A stretch of DNA of 64,000 nt from Scenedesmus sp. PABB004 (lineage: Eukaryota): NCBI GenBank assembly GCA_014905635.1, contig JABVCE010000013.1, forward strand, positions 744,001 to 808,000, given 5' to 3'. The stretch's first letter is position 1; every line of letters starts with the position of its first letter. The translations under genes and the position numbers were made by a program. Shown piece after piece: positions 47,645-62,765 of this stretch. Under the pieces are notes generated by a model. The model was not told the origin of the DNA. It saw only the letters and a list, made by a program, of their open reading frames with translations, and made no database searches.

Positions 47645-49132
47645 ATGGCGGCGCGCGGCCTGCAGCTGGGCAAGCGCTTCGAGGCCGAGTTCTACACCTC
47701 GCCCTCCGTGTCGCAGCTCGACACGCTGTTCCTCTCCAGCCACCTGCTCATGACGGCGGTGCGCCACGCGGGCGGGCGGGGCCGACGCGCGGAGCCGCGG
47801 TGCCGCGAGCGCGCGCCGCCCGCGCGGCGCCCGCCGACGCGCGCGCGCGCGGGCCGCCAGGTGCACAAGCGCATCCTCGTCACGTCGCGCGAGCAGCGCG
47901 TGTTTGAGGCGGCGATCATGCTGCTCGCCGCGACGCTGCTGCTCAAGGCGTTCTTCGTGCACCGCTTCAACCGCTGGCGCCCGGGCATCGTGCTGTGCAT
48001 GCACCTCGGCTTCACCACGCTGCGCGCGCTGGCGGTGCACACCATGGCCAGCAAGCAGGCGACGCACGTGCGCGTGAGCCTGAGCGGCAACATGGAGTCG
48101 CCGCTCGTGCTGCTCGCGAGCATGCTGGGCGTGCTCGGCGGCCCGTTCAGGCGCGGCGCAGGCGGGCGCTGCGCGCGCGCCCGCACGCGCCCGCGCCCGC
48201 GTTCGCCGCCGCCGACGCGCCTCGCCCGCGCGCCGCCGCCTGCCCGCGCGCCGCAGGGCGTTTGAGATGCTCGGCCTGCGGCAGGGCTTCCCCGCGCACG
48301 CGGTCGTGTCGGCCTACTACCTGCTCCTCCACACCGCGCTCGCGGCGGACGGCTGCCGCATGGCCTACTCCTTCGCGATGTTCTACCTGGTCCACCAGGT
48401 CCACGACGCGATGGCCGGCCTCGTCGACGCGGCGCTCGAGGCGATCGTGCCGCTCCCGGGCGGCGGCCTCGCGACGTGCAGCAGGCGCGCCGCGGGGGGC
48501 CGCCGGCACCGTGCCGCGCCGCGCCGGCCCCGCGGCGCGCCCCGCGCTCAGCGCCCGCCGCCGCCTGCGCGCCCGCCTGCCCGCGCCTGCCTGCCTGTGC
48601 GCTGCCCGCCCCGCCCCGCAGCTGCGCCGGCGTGGTCGTGTACTGCACGCTCATGCTCTTTGGCTCGCTCTGCGTGCCGCTGTACATGGTGCACGTCAAC
48701 GAGCGCGCCGCGCGGCGCCGCTTCGCGCACAGCGTGCGCGCGCAGGCGGCCGCGCAGGCGGCCGCGGCCGCGGCCGCGGCCGGCCAGCCCGTGCTGCGGG
48801 ACTGGCTCGACGAGCGCGGCGCGGGGCAGCTGGAGCAGCAGCAGCGGCCGCCGTGGGAGCTGCTGGCGAGCGAGCAGCAGGGGCAGCAGCAGGAGCAGCA
48901 GCAGCAGGTACAGGGCGGCGGCCTGGCGGTGGCCGACGGCAGAAGCAGCGTCCTAGTCGCCTGGTCGGTGCACGCGCTCATGCTGCTCGCCATGTTCCTG
49001 CTGTCGTGGCTCTGTGCCACCGTGCTGGCGCTGGAGGTCCTGCCGCGCGTGCTCAGCCCCGCCGCGCTCGACCGGTGGTGCCCCAACCGCCCACTCACTC
49101 CGTTCGTCATTGCAGGGCAGGTGCACGGCTGA
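47645..49132 (+). CDS. Multi-pass membrane protein of unknown function
   Basis: 4 exons in phase, with about 6-7 hydrophobic segments (e.g. AAIMLLAATLLLKAFF, GVVVYCTLMLFGSLCVPLYMV, VLVAWSVHALMLLAMFLLSWLCATVLAL). Confidence 0.7.
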
Positions 49133-49706
49133 CGGCCCGGGAGAGCCGGGCCAGGCCGGCCCGGCCGCCGCTGGCACGGGCAACCCGCGGCGCGGCGCGC
49201 GGCCCGGCGCACGCAGGGCCGCACGCCATGCACACACTTGAACACTATTTCCGGCTGCATCAAGGACCCAATTCTTGTGGCACGCAACGCTTGCAGTCTG
49301 AACAGCTTTGCCCCTTGGTGGCGGCCCCTGGCACAAACACGCCGGCGCGCAAGCTTTGCGCGAGAGCCGAGCTGCGGGTGACGCATCTCGCATGTAGGAA
49401 CAACTTTGAATTAACGATGTGGAGGCGCGCGTGTCGAGCGCGTTAGCGCGCGTGTTTGTGTGTGTGCGCGTGTGTATGTACGCCGTTCCGATTGCGTGTG
49501 CAGAATGTGCGACGCGGGCTGACTGGCTGAGCGCAGTCGGCCCGCCGGCTGGACCCCGAATGGCATCGTCGCGCCGTGACCGGCTGCCCCTCGCCATTCC
49601 TCCACATTGCAGCTGGCTCCCTCCATCGCTTCGGACGGCAAGCGCCTGTGGCGGTCACATCGAGTAACGCGCGGCCGGGCGGCGGCCGGGCGTGGCGTCA
49701 CACCCC

Positions 49707-51798
49707 TCACGCCGCCAGCCCCTCAGCCAGGCGCGCCAGCGACGCCTCGAGCTCCGCAAAGCGCGGCCGCCGCGCCGGCGCGGGGTCGAGGCAGCACGCC
49801 ACGAGCGCGCCCAGGCCGCGCGCCGCGCCGCCGTCGCCGTCGCCGCGCAGCCGCGCGGCGATGTCTGCGAGGAGCAGCCCGAACGCGCGGACCTCCATGG
49901 CCTCGAAGAAGCAGCCGGCCGCGGCGCCGTCGTAGGCAAACGCCGCGCCGAAGTCGCACAGGACCGGCACCGCGGTCGCGCCGGGGCCCTCGGCGAGCAT
50001 GATGTTGTGCGCGTATACGTCGCCGTGCGCGAGGCCGCGGGCGTGCAGGTACGCCAGCGCGCCCGCGACGCCCCGCGCGACGGCGAGCGCGCGGCCCGGC
50101 GAAAACACGGCGCCGTCGGCCCACCTGCGGCGGGCGGGCGGGCGCGCACGGCGCGGTGGGCGGCGCGCGCGGGCGCGCCCCCGGCGCGGCGCGGCGCGGC
50201 TCACTTGCAGCGCAGCAGGTGCTCCGACGTGGGCCGCCCCGCGAGCGGCGCGCCGTGCACGAGCTCCAGGACCATGCCCACCACGCCCTCGCCGCCGCCC
50301 CCGCCGCGGTCGCCGCCGCCGTCGCCGCCGCCGTCGCCGCTGGCGTCCCCATCGCCGAGCACAAGCGCGAGCACGCGCGTGAGGTTTGGGTGGTCCACCG
50401 CGGCGTTTATGCCCGTCTCGTCCGCGGTGCTGCCGTCGGGGCTGACGTGTGACAAGAAGATCTTCACCGCGACCTCCCGCCCCGCCCAGCGGCCGACAAA
50501 CACCTGGCGGGCGCGCGGCGCCGCCGGCGGGCGCGGGGTCGCTACTCTCGCGGCGGCGGCCGCGCGCGCGGCGCGGCGCGCGGTGCGTGGCCGGAGCACC
50601 TCGCCGCTCGCGCCCTGGCCGAGCTTGGCGCCGATCTCCAGCTCGGCGCGGCGCACGCGCGGGAGGTGCGCCGGCAGCGCCGGCACGGCGCGCGCGGCCG
50701 GGTTGCGCCCGAGCGAGCACCACGCGAGCTTGGGCAGGCCGCCTGCGGGCGGGCGGGCATGCGAGCGCGTGGGCGCAGGGTGGTCGCCAGCTGCGGCGGC
50801 CGCGCGGCGGCGGCGCCAACGCACCCGCCTCGCCCAGGCCGGCGGGCCACTCGGCCAGGTGCCCCACCGCGAGCCGGAACAGCTCCAGCTCTGGCAGGCC
50901 GAACAGGTCGGCCGGCAGCGACTCAAACGGGTTGAACGACGCCTGCAGCTTCACGAGCGAGCGCAGCTGCCCAAAGCCTGGCGCGCGCGGCGCGCGGGGC
51001 GTGGGCGTGGGCGCGGGCGCGGGCGCGCGCGGGCGCGGGCGCGCCCGTCGCGGCACGCGCGCAGTGCCTGCCGCCGCCCCCGCAGTCCCCGCCGCATTCG
51101 CGCCGCACCCTCGGGCAGCGTCGTGAGGGCGTTGTCAGTGAGGAAGAGCTCAACCAGGCCGGTCAGCTGCGTGAAGCTGCCCGGCAGCGCTGCGAGGCGG
51201 TTGGACTTAAGCCCGAGCCGCGAGAGCCTCGTCAGCGCCCCGAAGTCGGCCGGCAGGTCCGTGAGCTCGTTGCCGTATGCGTTGAGGGCGCGCAAGCCCG
51301 TGAGCCGGCAGAGCGCGCCCGGCAGCGCGCGCAGCGCGTTGCGCCCGACGTCGAGCTCCGTGAGGCTGCCGAGGCTGCCGACCTCGGGCGGCACCGAGGT
51401 GAGCGCGTTGCGCGAGAGGTCGAGCCGACGCAGGGCGGTGAGCGCGGTCACCGACTGAGGCACGAAGGTGAGGGCGCTGCCGGGCAGGGCGCATGACTCG
51501 AGGCGCGTGAAGAGGCTGAGCGCCGGTGGCCAGTGGCCCAGGCCCGCGTCGCGCAGCACGAGCCGGCGCACGTGCGGCGCGGCCGCGCGCCGCGTGCCCG
51601 CATCGGGTGACCTGCGCCGGCAGCAGCGCCGGCGCGGCGGTGTGTGCGGGCCGCTGGGGCAGCCTCTAACCCGGAGAGCAGCGCCGCGCGCACCTGGTGC
51701 AGGGTGGCCACGTCGCTCAGCTCCTCCAGCTCCGCCGGCGCGGGCAGCTCGGCGTCGCCGGCCGGCACCGCCGCTGCTGCGCCCGGCGCTGCTGTCAT
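49707..51798 (-). CDS. Leucine-rich-repeat protein kinase (bacterial-type LRR-kinase family)
   Basis: 23-aa LRRs (LDLSRNALTSVPPEVGSL..); LGQGASGE|VF, VAVKIF..SPDG, HPNL, HGDVYAHN, DFGAA, EVRAFG, RPRF. Confidence 0.88.
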
Positions 51799-52091
51799 TC
51801 TGCGGGCTCGTCGCTCGCTCGCGTGCACTCCCTGCTGGTCAGGGCACACGCCGGGCAGCGCAGCGCGGCGCGCGCGGCGCCGGCGGCGGTTGGGAGGCGC
51901 TGCTGTCGGCGCCGGCAGCGCGGGCTCGAGAAAAGAAAGGGTCGGTGCGAGCCTGGATCGGGGCTCGCCAGGCTGGACGTGACGGCGGCGGCTGAATGGC
52001 GCGCAGCGGCACAAAGCAAGGGCGTCACTCGAAACGCGGTCAACCGCTGCTGCGCGACCCCCTCGGCTGCCACCTGACCCCGACGCCCGGG

Positions 52092-53993
<1,902 letters not shown>

Positions 53994-54335
53994 GCGAGCT
54001 GCGGGCGCGGCGCGTGGCAGCGGCGGCGCGGCGCGGTGCGTGTCGGCGGCGCGGGCGGTCGCGAAGCGGCGACGTGGAGGCGGCGGCGGCGAGGGTGCTG
54101 CTGGCGCTGCGGCGTCGTCGCGGCGTGTGGCGGCGAGCGAGCAGCGCGAGGTTGAGGCTTCAGCCGGGCGACAGAGCACCGGCGGCGGCCCGCCGCGCGC
54201 GTGGATGGAGCCTTCCACCTGCACGATCCAACGCGCCGCCCTGCCGCCCGCGACGCCGCGAGCGCCGCCCGCAGCAGCACCGCCGCTCCTCGGCCTCTCG
54301 CGCGCGGCGCGCCAGGACACACGAGCGGCGCCGCG

Positions 54336-55731
54336 ATGCAGCCCGCTCTGCGCCTGGTGCCCGCCCTGCTGCGTCACTGCAGCGGCGCGGCAGCAGGCGC
54401 GGCGGCAGCGCCGTGGCGGCAGCAGCAGCGGCAGCAGTGCGAGGCGGCGGCGCAGCCGCAGCCGCCGAGCGCGCAGGAGGTGCGCGCCGCGTTCGAGCAC
54501 TGCGCGCAGCTGGTCAGGTGAGTGAGGCCGCGCCGGGTGGCGGCGGCGGGGCAGCGCGCGCGGCGCCGCCTCGCGCCGCGCCGACGCGCGCCGCCTGGGG
54601 ACCGCACGCGGCGCAGGCAGCACGACCCCGAGAACTTTGTGTGGGTGGTGCAGCTGCCCCAGGCGGTGCGGCTGCGCGTGCTCGCGCTGCGCGCGTTCAA
54701 CCTGGAGTCGCTGCTCATTGCAGAGCAGGTTAAGAGCAGGGAGCCGCTGGTGCTGCAGATCAGGCGCGCCGCCGCGCGGCGCGCGCCGCTATGGGCGAGC
54801 GCGCCGGCCGCGCCCGCCGCGCTCTGGTCGCTGCGCGTCGCCGCCCAGCGCGCCGTGCGCCGCGCCGCCGCAGGTACCAGTGGTGGCGCGACGCGGTCGG
54901 TGGCCTCGGCGCCGCCGCGGCGCCGCCGGGGCACCCCGTGCTCACGGCGCTGTGGCACGCGCAGCACGGCGGCGCCGGCGGCGCAGCCGGCGGCGCGGCC
55001 GGCGGCGGCGGCGGCGGCAGCAGCGGCTTCAAGCTGAACCGCTACCAGCTGCGGCGCATCCTGGACGCGCGGGAGCAGGACGCGGTGGCCTTCCAGGCGC
55101 CGCTCACGCTCGCCGAGCTCGAGGCGTACGCAGAGGCCACCGCGTCGCAGCTGCAGTACCTCCAGCTCGCAGCGGCGGGTGCGCGCCGCCCGCCGCCGCG
55201 CCGCCCGCCGCCGCGCCGGCCGCAGCGTCGTGGTCGCCGCTGCGCTGGCCGCCGCCGCCCACCCCGCCGCCCGCGGCCGCGCCGCCGCCGCGCGCAGGCG
55301 TGGCGAGCCACGACGCCGACCACGCGGCGAGCCACCTCGGCAAGGCGGTCGGCCTCGCGCTGCTGCTGCGCGGCGCGGCGTTCCAGGCGGGCCGGCGGCG
55401 CTGCTACCTGCCGCTCGAGCTGCTCGCCGCGCACGGTGTGAGCCAGGAGCAGGTGTACCGCGGCGGCCCCGCGCCCGAGGGCCTGCGCGACGTCGCGCTC
55501 GCGGTCGGCGGCGCCGCGCTCGGCCACCTGCGCGAGGCGCGCCGTCTCGGCGCCGGCCTGCCGCGCGCCGCGGCGGGCGTGATGGCGGGCGGCGTGCTCG
55601 CGGGGCAGTTCCTGGCCGCGCTCGAGCGCGTGGGGTTTGACCTCTTCGAACCCCGCCTCGCCGGCGGCGGCGCGTCGCCGCTGCGGCGCGCGCTCGCGAT
55701 CAAGTGGGCCGCCCTGCGCGGCACGTTCTGA
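54336..55731 (+). CDS. NDUFAF6: Complex I assembly factor 6 (squalene/phytoene synthase fold), mitochondrial
   Basis: AFEHCAQLVR|QHDPENF..ALRAFNLE..QIR|YQWWRDAV..HPV..LEAYAEATASQL..DHAASHLGKAVGL..CYLPLELL..HLREAR. Confidence 0.9.
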
Positions 55732-55825
55732 GCCGGCCGGCCGGCCCCAGCGGCGGCGCATGCCGCCGGCGGGCCCGCGAGTAACACCAAGCGCGGCGAG
55801 CGCCGGCACGCGCGTCGCCGCCGCG

Positions 55826-58261
55826 TCACGAGCTCTGCCCCTCGGCCAGCCCCATCACGAGCTCGGTCAGCGTCGCCGCGCCAAAGCCTGCGGGCGCGGC
55901 GCGCACGGTCAGGTGGTGCGCGCCCCGGGCGTGGTCCCGCAGGCGCAGAACCTCGGCGGCCGCACCCGTCGGCAGGCAGGCCGCGTCGTCCCACGCCGGG
56001 CCCGCCACGTCGAGGTGCGCCCAGGCGGTGCCCTCGGTGATGAATTCTTGCAGGAACAACGCCGCGGTGATGGCGCCGCCCCACCGGCCCGCATAGTTTT
56101 TCAGGTCGGCGATCGGCGACTCGATCTTCTTGCGCAGCCCCTCGTCCAGCGGCAGCCGCCAGAGCTTCTCGCCTGGGCGGCCGGGCCGGCGGTGGATGTG
56201 AGCCGCAGGGGGGCAGGCGCGCGGGCCCGCCGCTGAGAGAGAGAGAGCTTGAGAGCGCCACGCACCCGCGCGCCGGCTCGCGGCGTCGACGTGCGCGGCG
56301 AGGCCGTCGTCGGCGGCGAACAGCGCGCCCGTGCTCTGCCCGAGCGCCACGCCCGCGGCGCCCGTGAGCGTCGCGATGTCGACCACCGTCTGTGCCCCGG
56401 CGGCACGCGGCGCGACGGGCGGGCCGTCACGGCGGACGGGGCCCTCGAGGCGCGGTCGCCTCGGCTGCCGTCGCTGCCGCTGCCGGCCCGAGCTCAGCCG
56501 CACCGCACCGTCGCGCCGGCCTCGCTCTGCGCGTACCACAGCGCGTCGGCGAGCGTGAGGCGGCCCTCGGCATCGGTGTCAAACACCTCGACCGTTTTGC
56601 CCGCCGCGGAGACGTGGATGTCGCTGCGGCCGCCATGGCCGCAGCAGGCGCGCGCGTGAGCCGGGGGCGGGGGGCGGGGCTCCAGAGCGCAGTTCGGCAG
56701 CGGCGCGCCGGCGCCGCGGCGGGCGCGCCGGCGCGCCGCGCACCTCGGGCGCGTGGCCCGTCCGCTGACCAGGTTCTCGCACGCGGCGAGAATGAAGTGA
56801 ACCTGCCGCGCCGGCCCGCGCCTCAGCTGAGCGGGCGGGCTGCGGGCCCGCCCCCGCCAGCCCTTGCGCCGCGCCGCGCCGCGCTGCACCTCGACGCCGG
56901 CCGGCCGCAGCTCTGCAAGGGCGCGCGCCGCGCCGAGCACCGCCGCGCCGCCGGCCATGTCGACCTTCATGGTTTCGATGCCGCCCGCGGTTTTGAGGTT
57001 GTAGCCGCCAGAGTCAAAGCACACCGACTGCGCCGGCCGCGCGGGGTGCGGGGCCCGTCGCACCCCCGCCTGCGAGCCCCAGCCCGCGCCCCAGCGCGCC
57101 GCCGCGCTCCCCCGCGGCGGTGTGGCGCAGCGCACCTTGCCTACGAGCGCGACGCGGTGCGGCGCCGCGGCAGCCTGACCCAAGTAGGTCAGGTGGATGA
57201 GCCGCGGCGGCTCGTCGCTGCCCGCAGCCACGCCCAGGAACAGACCCATGCCCAGCGCGCGGACGGCGGGCTCCTCCAGCACCTGCCGCGCGCGCAGGCG
57301 CGCAGCGCGCAGCGCGCAGCGCGCAGCGTGGCAGGGCGTGGGGCCGCGGGCCGCGGGAGGGCGGGCGGGCGGGGGGCGCCGGCCGGGCGCCGCGGCGCCG
57401 CGCCTTGATGCGGAAGCGTGCGGGGTCCAGCGCCGCGATGTGCGCGGCCGCCGCGGCGAGGTAGCGCGGCGTGCACACGTTGGCGGGCGCCTCGGCGAGG
57501 AGCCGCGTGACGAGCGCGCCGCGCGCGAGCGCCGCGCCGCGCCGCGCCGCCGCGAGCAGCTCGCCGTGCGACGCCTCGGCGTCGCCCTCGGCGGCGACCG
57601 CCAGCCGGATGGCTTCGAGCTTGATCTTGGGTTGGGGCTTGCTCCGGAAGCGGACGTCGCCCTCGTAGAGACCGGCGAGCGCGGACGCGACAAAGCTCGT
57701 CACCGCCGCGCCGCTGGCCGCGCGCGCGTCTAGCCACGTCACCTCCACGCGCGCGGGGCCAAACGCCTTGGCCGCGCCCGCGAGCGCGGCGCCCGCGGCC
57801 TGCGGCGCGGACGGGCGCGGCTCGCCGGCGCGGCTCGCCGGCGCGGCGCGCGAGCGCGGCGCGCGAGCGGCGCGCTGGCCGCGCGGCGCGCGGCGCGGGC
57901 AGCGCACGTGGAAGGCGCTCTGCCCCCAGGCGGCGGGCGAGCTGGGTGCCTTGCCCAGCCCCAGCAGCATGAGCCCGCGCGGCGGCGCGTCGCCGTCGCT
58001 CGGGTCGGGCAGCAGCACCGGCGGGAGCGCCTCGCCCTGGGCGGCCTTGAAGCGGTGCATCGCGACCGCGGCGTCCAGCAGCGCCCGCTGCTGCCCAGGT
58101 GTGTCCAGGGCGCCGACGTGGTCGCCGGCGGCGAGCTGCGCCTCGCTGACCAGCACGCAGCGCAGCGCGTGCTGGTCCGGAGCGCCCGCGCGCTCGGCGG
58201 CGCCGCCCGCCGGGCCCACCGACACCTCCGGCAGCGACGCCGGCTCAAACATCGGCTGCAT
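55826..58261 (-). CDS. Leucyl aminopeptidase, peptidase family M17
   Basis: EAPANVCTP; LGMGLFLGVA; ALVGK|SVCFDSGGYNLK; MKVDMAGGA; ACENL; DTDAEGRLTLAD; DIATLTGA; WRLPL; AITAALFL; WAHLDVAG. The start codon is uncertain (an upstream exon is possible). Confidence 0.92.
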
Positions 58262-58579
58262 CTGCAGCCTGTGGAGGGTGCGCGGTCTGCGGGCGAAAGA
58301 CGCTGCACGCCGCGCGCGGGTGTGACGCGCAGCAGCGGCGGCGCTGCTGGCGCCGCTCGACGCCGCCTTCGTGGACGTTGCCTGTGAGAGGGAGCACGTG
58401 CTCGGCAGCCCCGACGGGGAAAAGAAAGCGACGACGTCGGGAGAGGAACGGGCGCGCGTTCGATGGGGCTCTGCGCTCGGCAGTGCTGGCGCGTGGGGCC
58501 CGCCCGGCCGGCGCGTCTGCACATTCTCGACACGTAAGACGTCTGCGACGCGCGCGCACCACTACAGCTGTCAGGAGCG

Positions 58580-61162
58580 ATGCAGGCGCACGCAGCCACT
58601 CGCCGCTGCGCGGCGGCGGCGGCGGGCGCGGCCGCGCCCGCGCGCCTCGCGCCGCTGCGGGCCGCTACGGATCGGGTCACGGATCGCTCCGCTGGCGCGG
58701 CGCTGTCCGCGACGGATCGGGTCAAGCTCGGCACAAGCGACCTGGAGGTGTCGGGTGCGCTGCCGCTGCTGCCAGCGGGCGGCCCAGCCGCCCGCGCCGC
58801 TCACCCCCCTCCCCCCCGCCGCCGCGGCCTGCGCCGCAGTGGTCTGCCTGGGCACCATGGTGCGCGCCCGCGCGCGCCGGGCCACGCGCCACGCGCCGGG
58901 CCACGCGCCGACGCGCCGCGCCGCCCGGCCGCCGCAGACGTGGGGCAAGCAGAACACCGAGGCGGAGGCGCACGAGCAGCTGAACCACGCGTTTGACGCG
59001 GGCATCAACTTCATGGACACCGCGGGTGCGGTGGCGGGCCGCGGCCCGGGCGACGCAGCGCGGAAGCCCGGCCGCTGCGCGGCGTGGGCGCCGCGAGCGC
59101 CGCGCCGCGCCGTAGCGACGGGACGTGCCGCCGCGCCGCCGCCGCCGCCGCCGCCGCCACCGTCGCCGCGCGCGGTGCGCAGAGATTTACCCCGTCCCGC
59201 CGGAGAAGGGCACGCAGGTGCGGCGCGCGCCGCTGCCGCGCCGCCGCCCCTCCCGCGCGCCGCGCCGACGGCAGCCCCCGATCGCCGCGCCGCGCCGCAG
59301 GGCTCCACCGACCGCTTCATTGGCAGCTGGCTCAAGGGCCGCAAGCGCGGCGACATCGTCCTCGCCACCAAGGCGCGCACGCCCTGCTGGGCTGCTGCAG
59401 CGCTCTGCCGCGACCGCGCTCGTCGCCCTGCCGCCCGCCGCGCCGCCGCGGCGTCCACCAACGCGCCGCCGCGCCGCCCTGCTCCCGCCGGCCAGGTCGC
59501 CGGCTACGGCACACACAACACGTACCTGCGCGACGGCGCCGACGTGGTGCGCGTGACGCGCGCGCAGATCGCTGAGAGCGTGGACAAGAGCCTCGCCCGC
59601 CTGGGCACCGACTATGTCGACCTGCTCCAGATCCACTGGTGCGGCGCCGGCACGCCAGCGCGCCCGCGCCGCGCCCCGCGCATGGCCGGCGGCGTGGCCG
59701 GCCGGCCGGCCGCCCGCCCGCCCCCGCTCGGCCGCGCCGCCGCCGGCGGCGCGGCGCCAGCGCTGGCGCCGGCGTCGAGACGCGCGGCCGCCGCGCGGCG
59801 CCGCGGCACGCAGGCCGGACCGCTACGTGCCGCTGTTTGGCGCGGGCGCGTACGACATCGCGAACGAGCGCCCCGACGACGTGCCGTTTGAGGAGCAGCT
59901 GCGGGGGCTGGAGGACGTGATCAAGGCGGGCAAGGTGCGGCGCGGCGCGCGGCAGCAGGGCAGGGGGAGGCGGGCCCCCGCCGACGCGCGCCGCCGACGC
60001 GCGCCGCCGCCGCCGCGCCGCGCGCGCGCCAGGTGCGCTACGTGGGCGTGTCGAACGAGACGAGCTACGGCGTGAGCTCGTTCGTGCACGCCGCGTCCGC
60101 CGCGGGCCTGCCGCGCATCCAGACCATCCAAAACTGCTACCACCTGCTGCAGCGCAGCAACTACGAGACCGACCTCGCCGAGACGTGCAGGCGCGCGGGG
60201 GGCCCGACTGTCGGCAGCGCCGGCGCCGGGGGCCCGCGACGGCGCGCCGTGCCGCGTGCCGCGCGCCGGCCGGCCTGCCCACGCGTGCGCCGCGCGCCGC
60301 GCCGCACACCGTGCCGCAGGCGGCACGAGGTGTCGCTGCTCGCGTACAGCCCGCTCGCCGGCGGCGCGCTGAGCGGGAAGTACCTGGTCGATGACCCGCC
60401 CAAGACCGCGCGGTCAGCGGCGGCACCGCGTGCCGCACCGCGCCGCGCCGCGCCCCGCGCGGCCCCGCCCGCGCCCGCGCGGCCCGCCGCCCGCGTCGCC
60501 GGCGCGCTCGCGCGCGGGCCGCTGCGGCTCGCGCCGGCGCCGGCTGACGCCGGGCCGCGCCCCTCGCCCCTCGCGCCCGCGCCCGCGTCCGTGTCCGCGT
60601 GCGGTGCGCCGCCAGGTTCAATCTCTTCCCCGGCTACATGGAGCGTTATAACAAGTCCCTCGCGCGCGTCGCGACCGAGGAGTACGTCAAGGTGCGGCGC
60701 GGCGGCGCGGCAGCGCGGCGGCGGCGGCGGCGGCTGCGGCTGCGGCGCGGGCGGCGCGGGGCGGGCAGCGCGGGCGGGCGGGGCCGGGGAGGGGCCGCCA
60801 GCTGGCGCGCGCGCCGGCGGGCGCGCACGCCGACCCGCGGTCGCGCGCCGCAGGTCGCGAACAAGCACGGCCTCACGCCCACGCAGCTGGCGCTGGCGTG
60901 GTGCAGGTGCGGCGGCGGCGCGCGCGCGCGCGCGCGCGCCCGCCTGCCGCCGGAGCGCCCGCCCTGCGCCGCCGCCGCGCTCACGCCACGCCGCCCGCCG
61001 TCCAGGTCGCGCTGGTTTGTGGCGAGCAGCATCATCGGCGCGACGAGCCTGGCGCAGCTGAAGGAGAACCTGGCGGCCTTCAGCGTGCCGCTGAGCCCGG
61101 AGGCGATCGACGACGTCAACGCGGTGTACCGCAAGTTCCGGGACCCGCCGACCTCGGCGTGA
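58580..61162 (+). CDS. tas: Tas-like aldo-keto reductase, probably plastid-targeted
   Basis: KLGTSDLEVS|VVCLGTM|TWGKQNTEAEAHEQL..DTA|EIYPVPP; VLATK|VAG; DLLQIHW|PDRYVP; GVSNETSYG; IQNCY; LAYSPLAGGALSGKY; SSIIGAT. Confidence 0.92.
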
Positions 61163-61796
61163 CGGCGCAGCGCTCGCAGCGAGCGGACCCGGAGCGCACG
61201 GTGTTGGGCCGAGTTAACCGGCGCGCAAGCAGAAGCACAAGCAGAGGCACAAGCGCAAGCAAGCAACCGCGAGCAGAAAGCACCGAATGCGGCGGCAGTC
61301 GCGCGCGCGAGCAGGTCAGTCTTGCCACAAGCTCCGCCGTCTCCGTCGCCGCCGCACGCGCAGGCGGCGCGAGCAGCAACACACACGCACGCATGCACGC
61401 ACACGCTCGGACGTCGCCGCCAGGGGGGCGCGCGGGTGCGCCCGATCGGCGGGCGGGCGGGGTGCAAGCGTGCGCGCCGCGCCGCTGCTGCCGACGCCGC
61501 CCCTGCAAGCGCATGCGCGCTGGGGCTGCGGCCCCGCCCGTCCGCCTCGTCCCCCCTCCCCCCAAACGCCCCGGTCAGTCACGCTGCGCGCCCGGCGGCC
61601 GCCCCGAATCGGCGGCGGCTCGCCCGCCGCGGCCCGGCAACGCTGTCGCTCCTCCTCTGCGCGTGGCCGCGCGCAATACCCGCGGCCGGCCGCGCGGGCC
61701 CGACCCCCGCGCGGCGCGCGCCCCCACGCTCGCGTTGCGCCTCGCCCGCGCTCCGGCCTCGCACGCCGTGCCGCGCCGGGCGCGCGCGCGCGGCAC

Positions 61797-62065
61797 TCAG
61801 GCCGCCGCGAGTCCGATGTTGGCGCCGGTGCTGTCGACGCGGCGGCTGGCCCAGCCGCTGCCCGCCGGCGCAACGGCGCCCGCGCCGGCCTCGGCGTGCG
61901 GCGGCAGCGGCGGCCGCACGCGCGCCGACACCGACCCCGCCGCCGCCGCGCCGGCGAGGTCGCCGAGCGACGCGCGGCGGTCTGGCAGCGGCCGGGCGGG
62001 CGCAGCCTTGCTGCGCTCCGCGGCCGACAGCACCGCCTCGCTCTTGCTGCGCGGGAAGCGCGGGA

Positions 62066-62102
<37 letters not shown>

Positions 62103-62408
62103 TGCGGGCGGGTGCGGCGGGTGCGGCTGCGGCGGCTGCTGCTGCTGCGGCTGCTGCTGGTGCGGCGCCGCCGGCGGCGGCGTCGCCTGCGCCGCGAGGC
62201 CGGGCAGCCAGCCGCTGCTGCCGTAGGTCGGCCGGTAGCCCCAGCCGCCGTACATGAGGCTGGGGTCGTACTGGATGGCCTGCAGCGGCGGCGTCGACGC
62301 GCGCAGCGGCGGGGTTGTCGTGCCGCTGCGCGGCGGCGTCGCCGCGCCGCTGCCGCCCTCCTGCGCCGGCGGATGGCTGGCGCCCAGGCTCAGCCACTCC
62401 AGCACCAT
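61797..62408 (-). CDS. Intronless low-complexity protein of unknown function (203 aa)
   Basis: ATG in CGCCATGG context; coding-like codon bias; QYDPSLMYGGWGYRPTYG; RSKSE and RRVDS phospho-like motifs. Confidence 0.55.
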
Positions 62409-62765
62409 GGCGCCGCGGCGTGCGGGGCACGGGGGGCGCGGGGGAGGGCTGTGCGGGGGCCGCGGCGCGAGCGGGGCGGGTTGTCGCTCAGCCGCGCGGT
62501 GTGGCCTGGCCCTGTTTGTCGCTAAGGGCGATCACGGAACGCGGCTCGCGAGGCCGGAGGAGCAAAGGAGAAGGGAGGAGGTCGGATGCGGAGTTTAGCC
62601 TCCGTTTGCTGACGCGCGCGCTGCGGGGCGGCCGTTGCGGCCGGGGATGAACAGGTCGCGAGCGGCGCGGCCCCTGGAGAGGGCGGGCGGGTTTGCCGAC
62701 GACGCCGCCGCGCTGCACCGCCGCCGCCCGCAGACCTGCCGCCCGCCCGCTCGCCGCCTCGGCGC

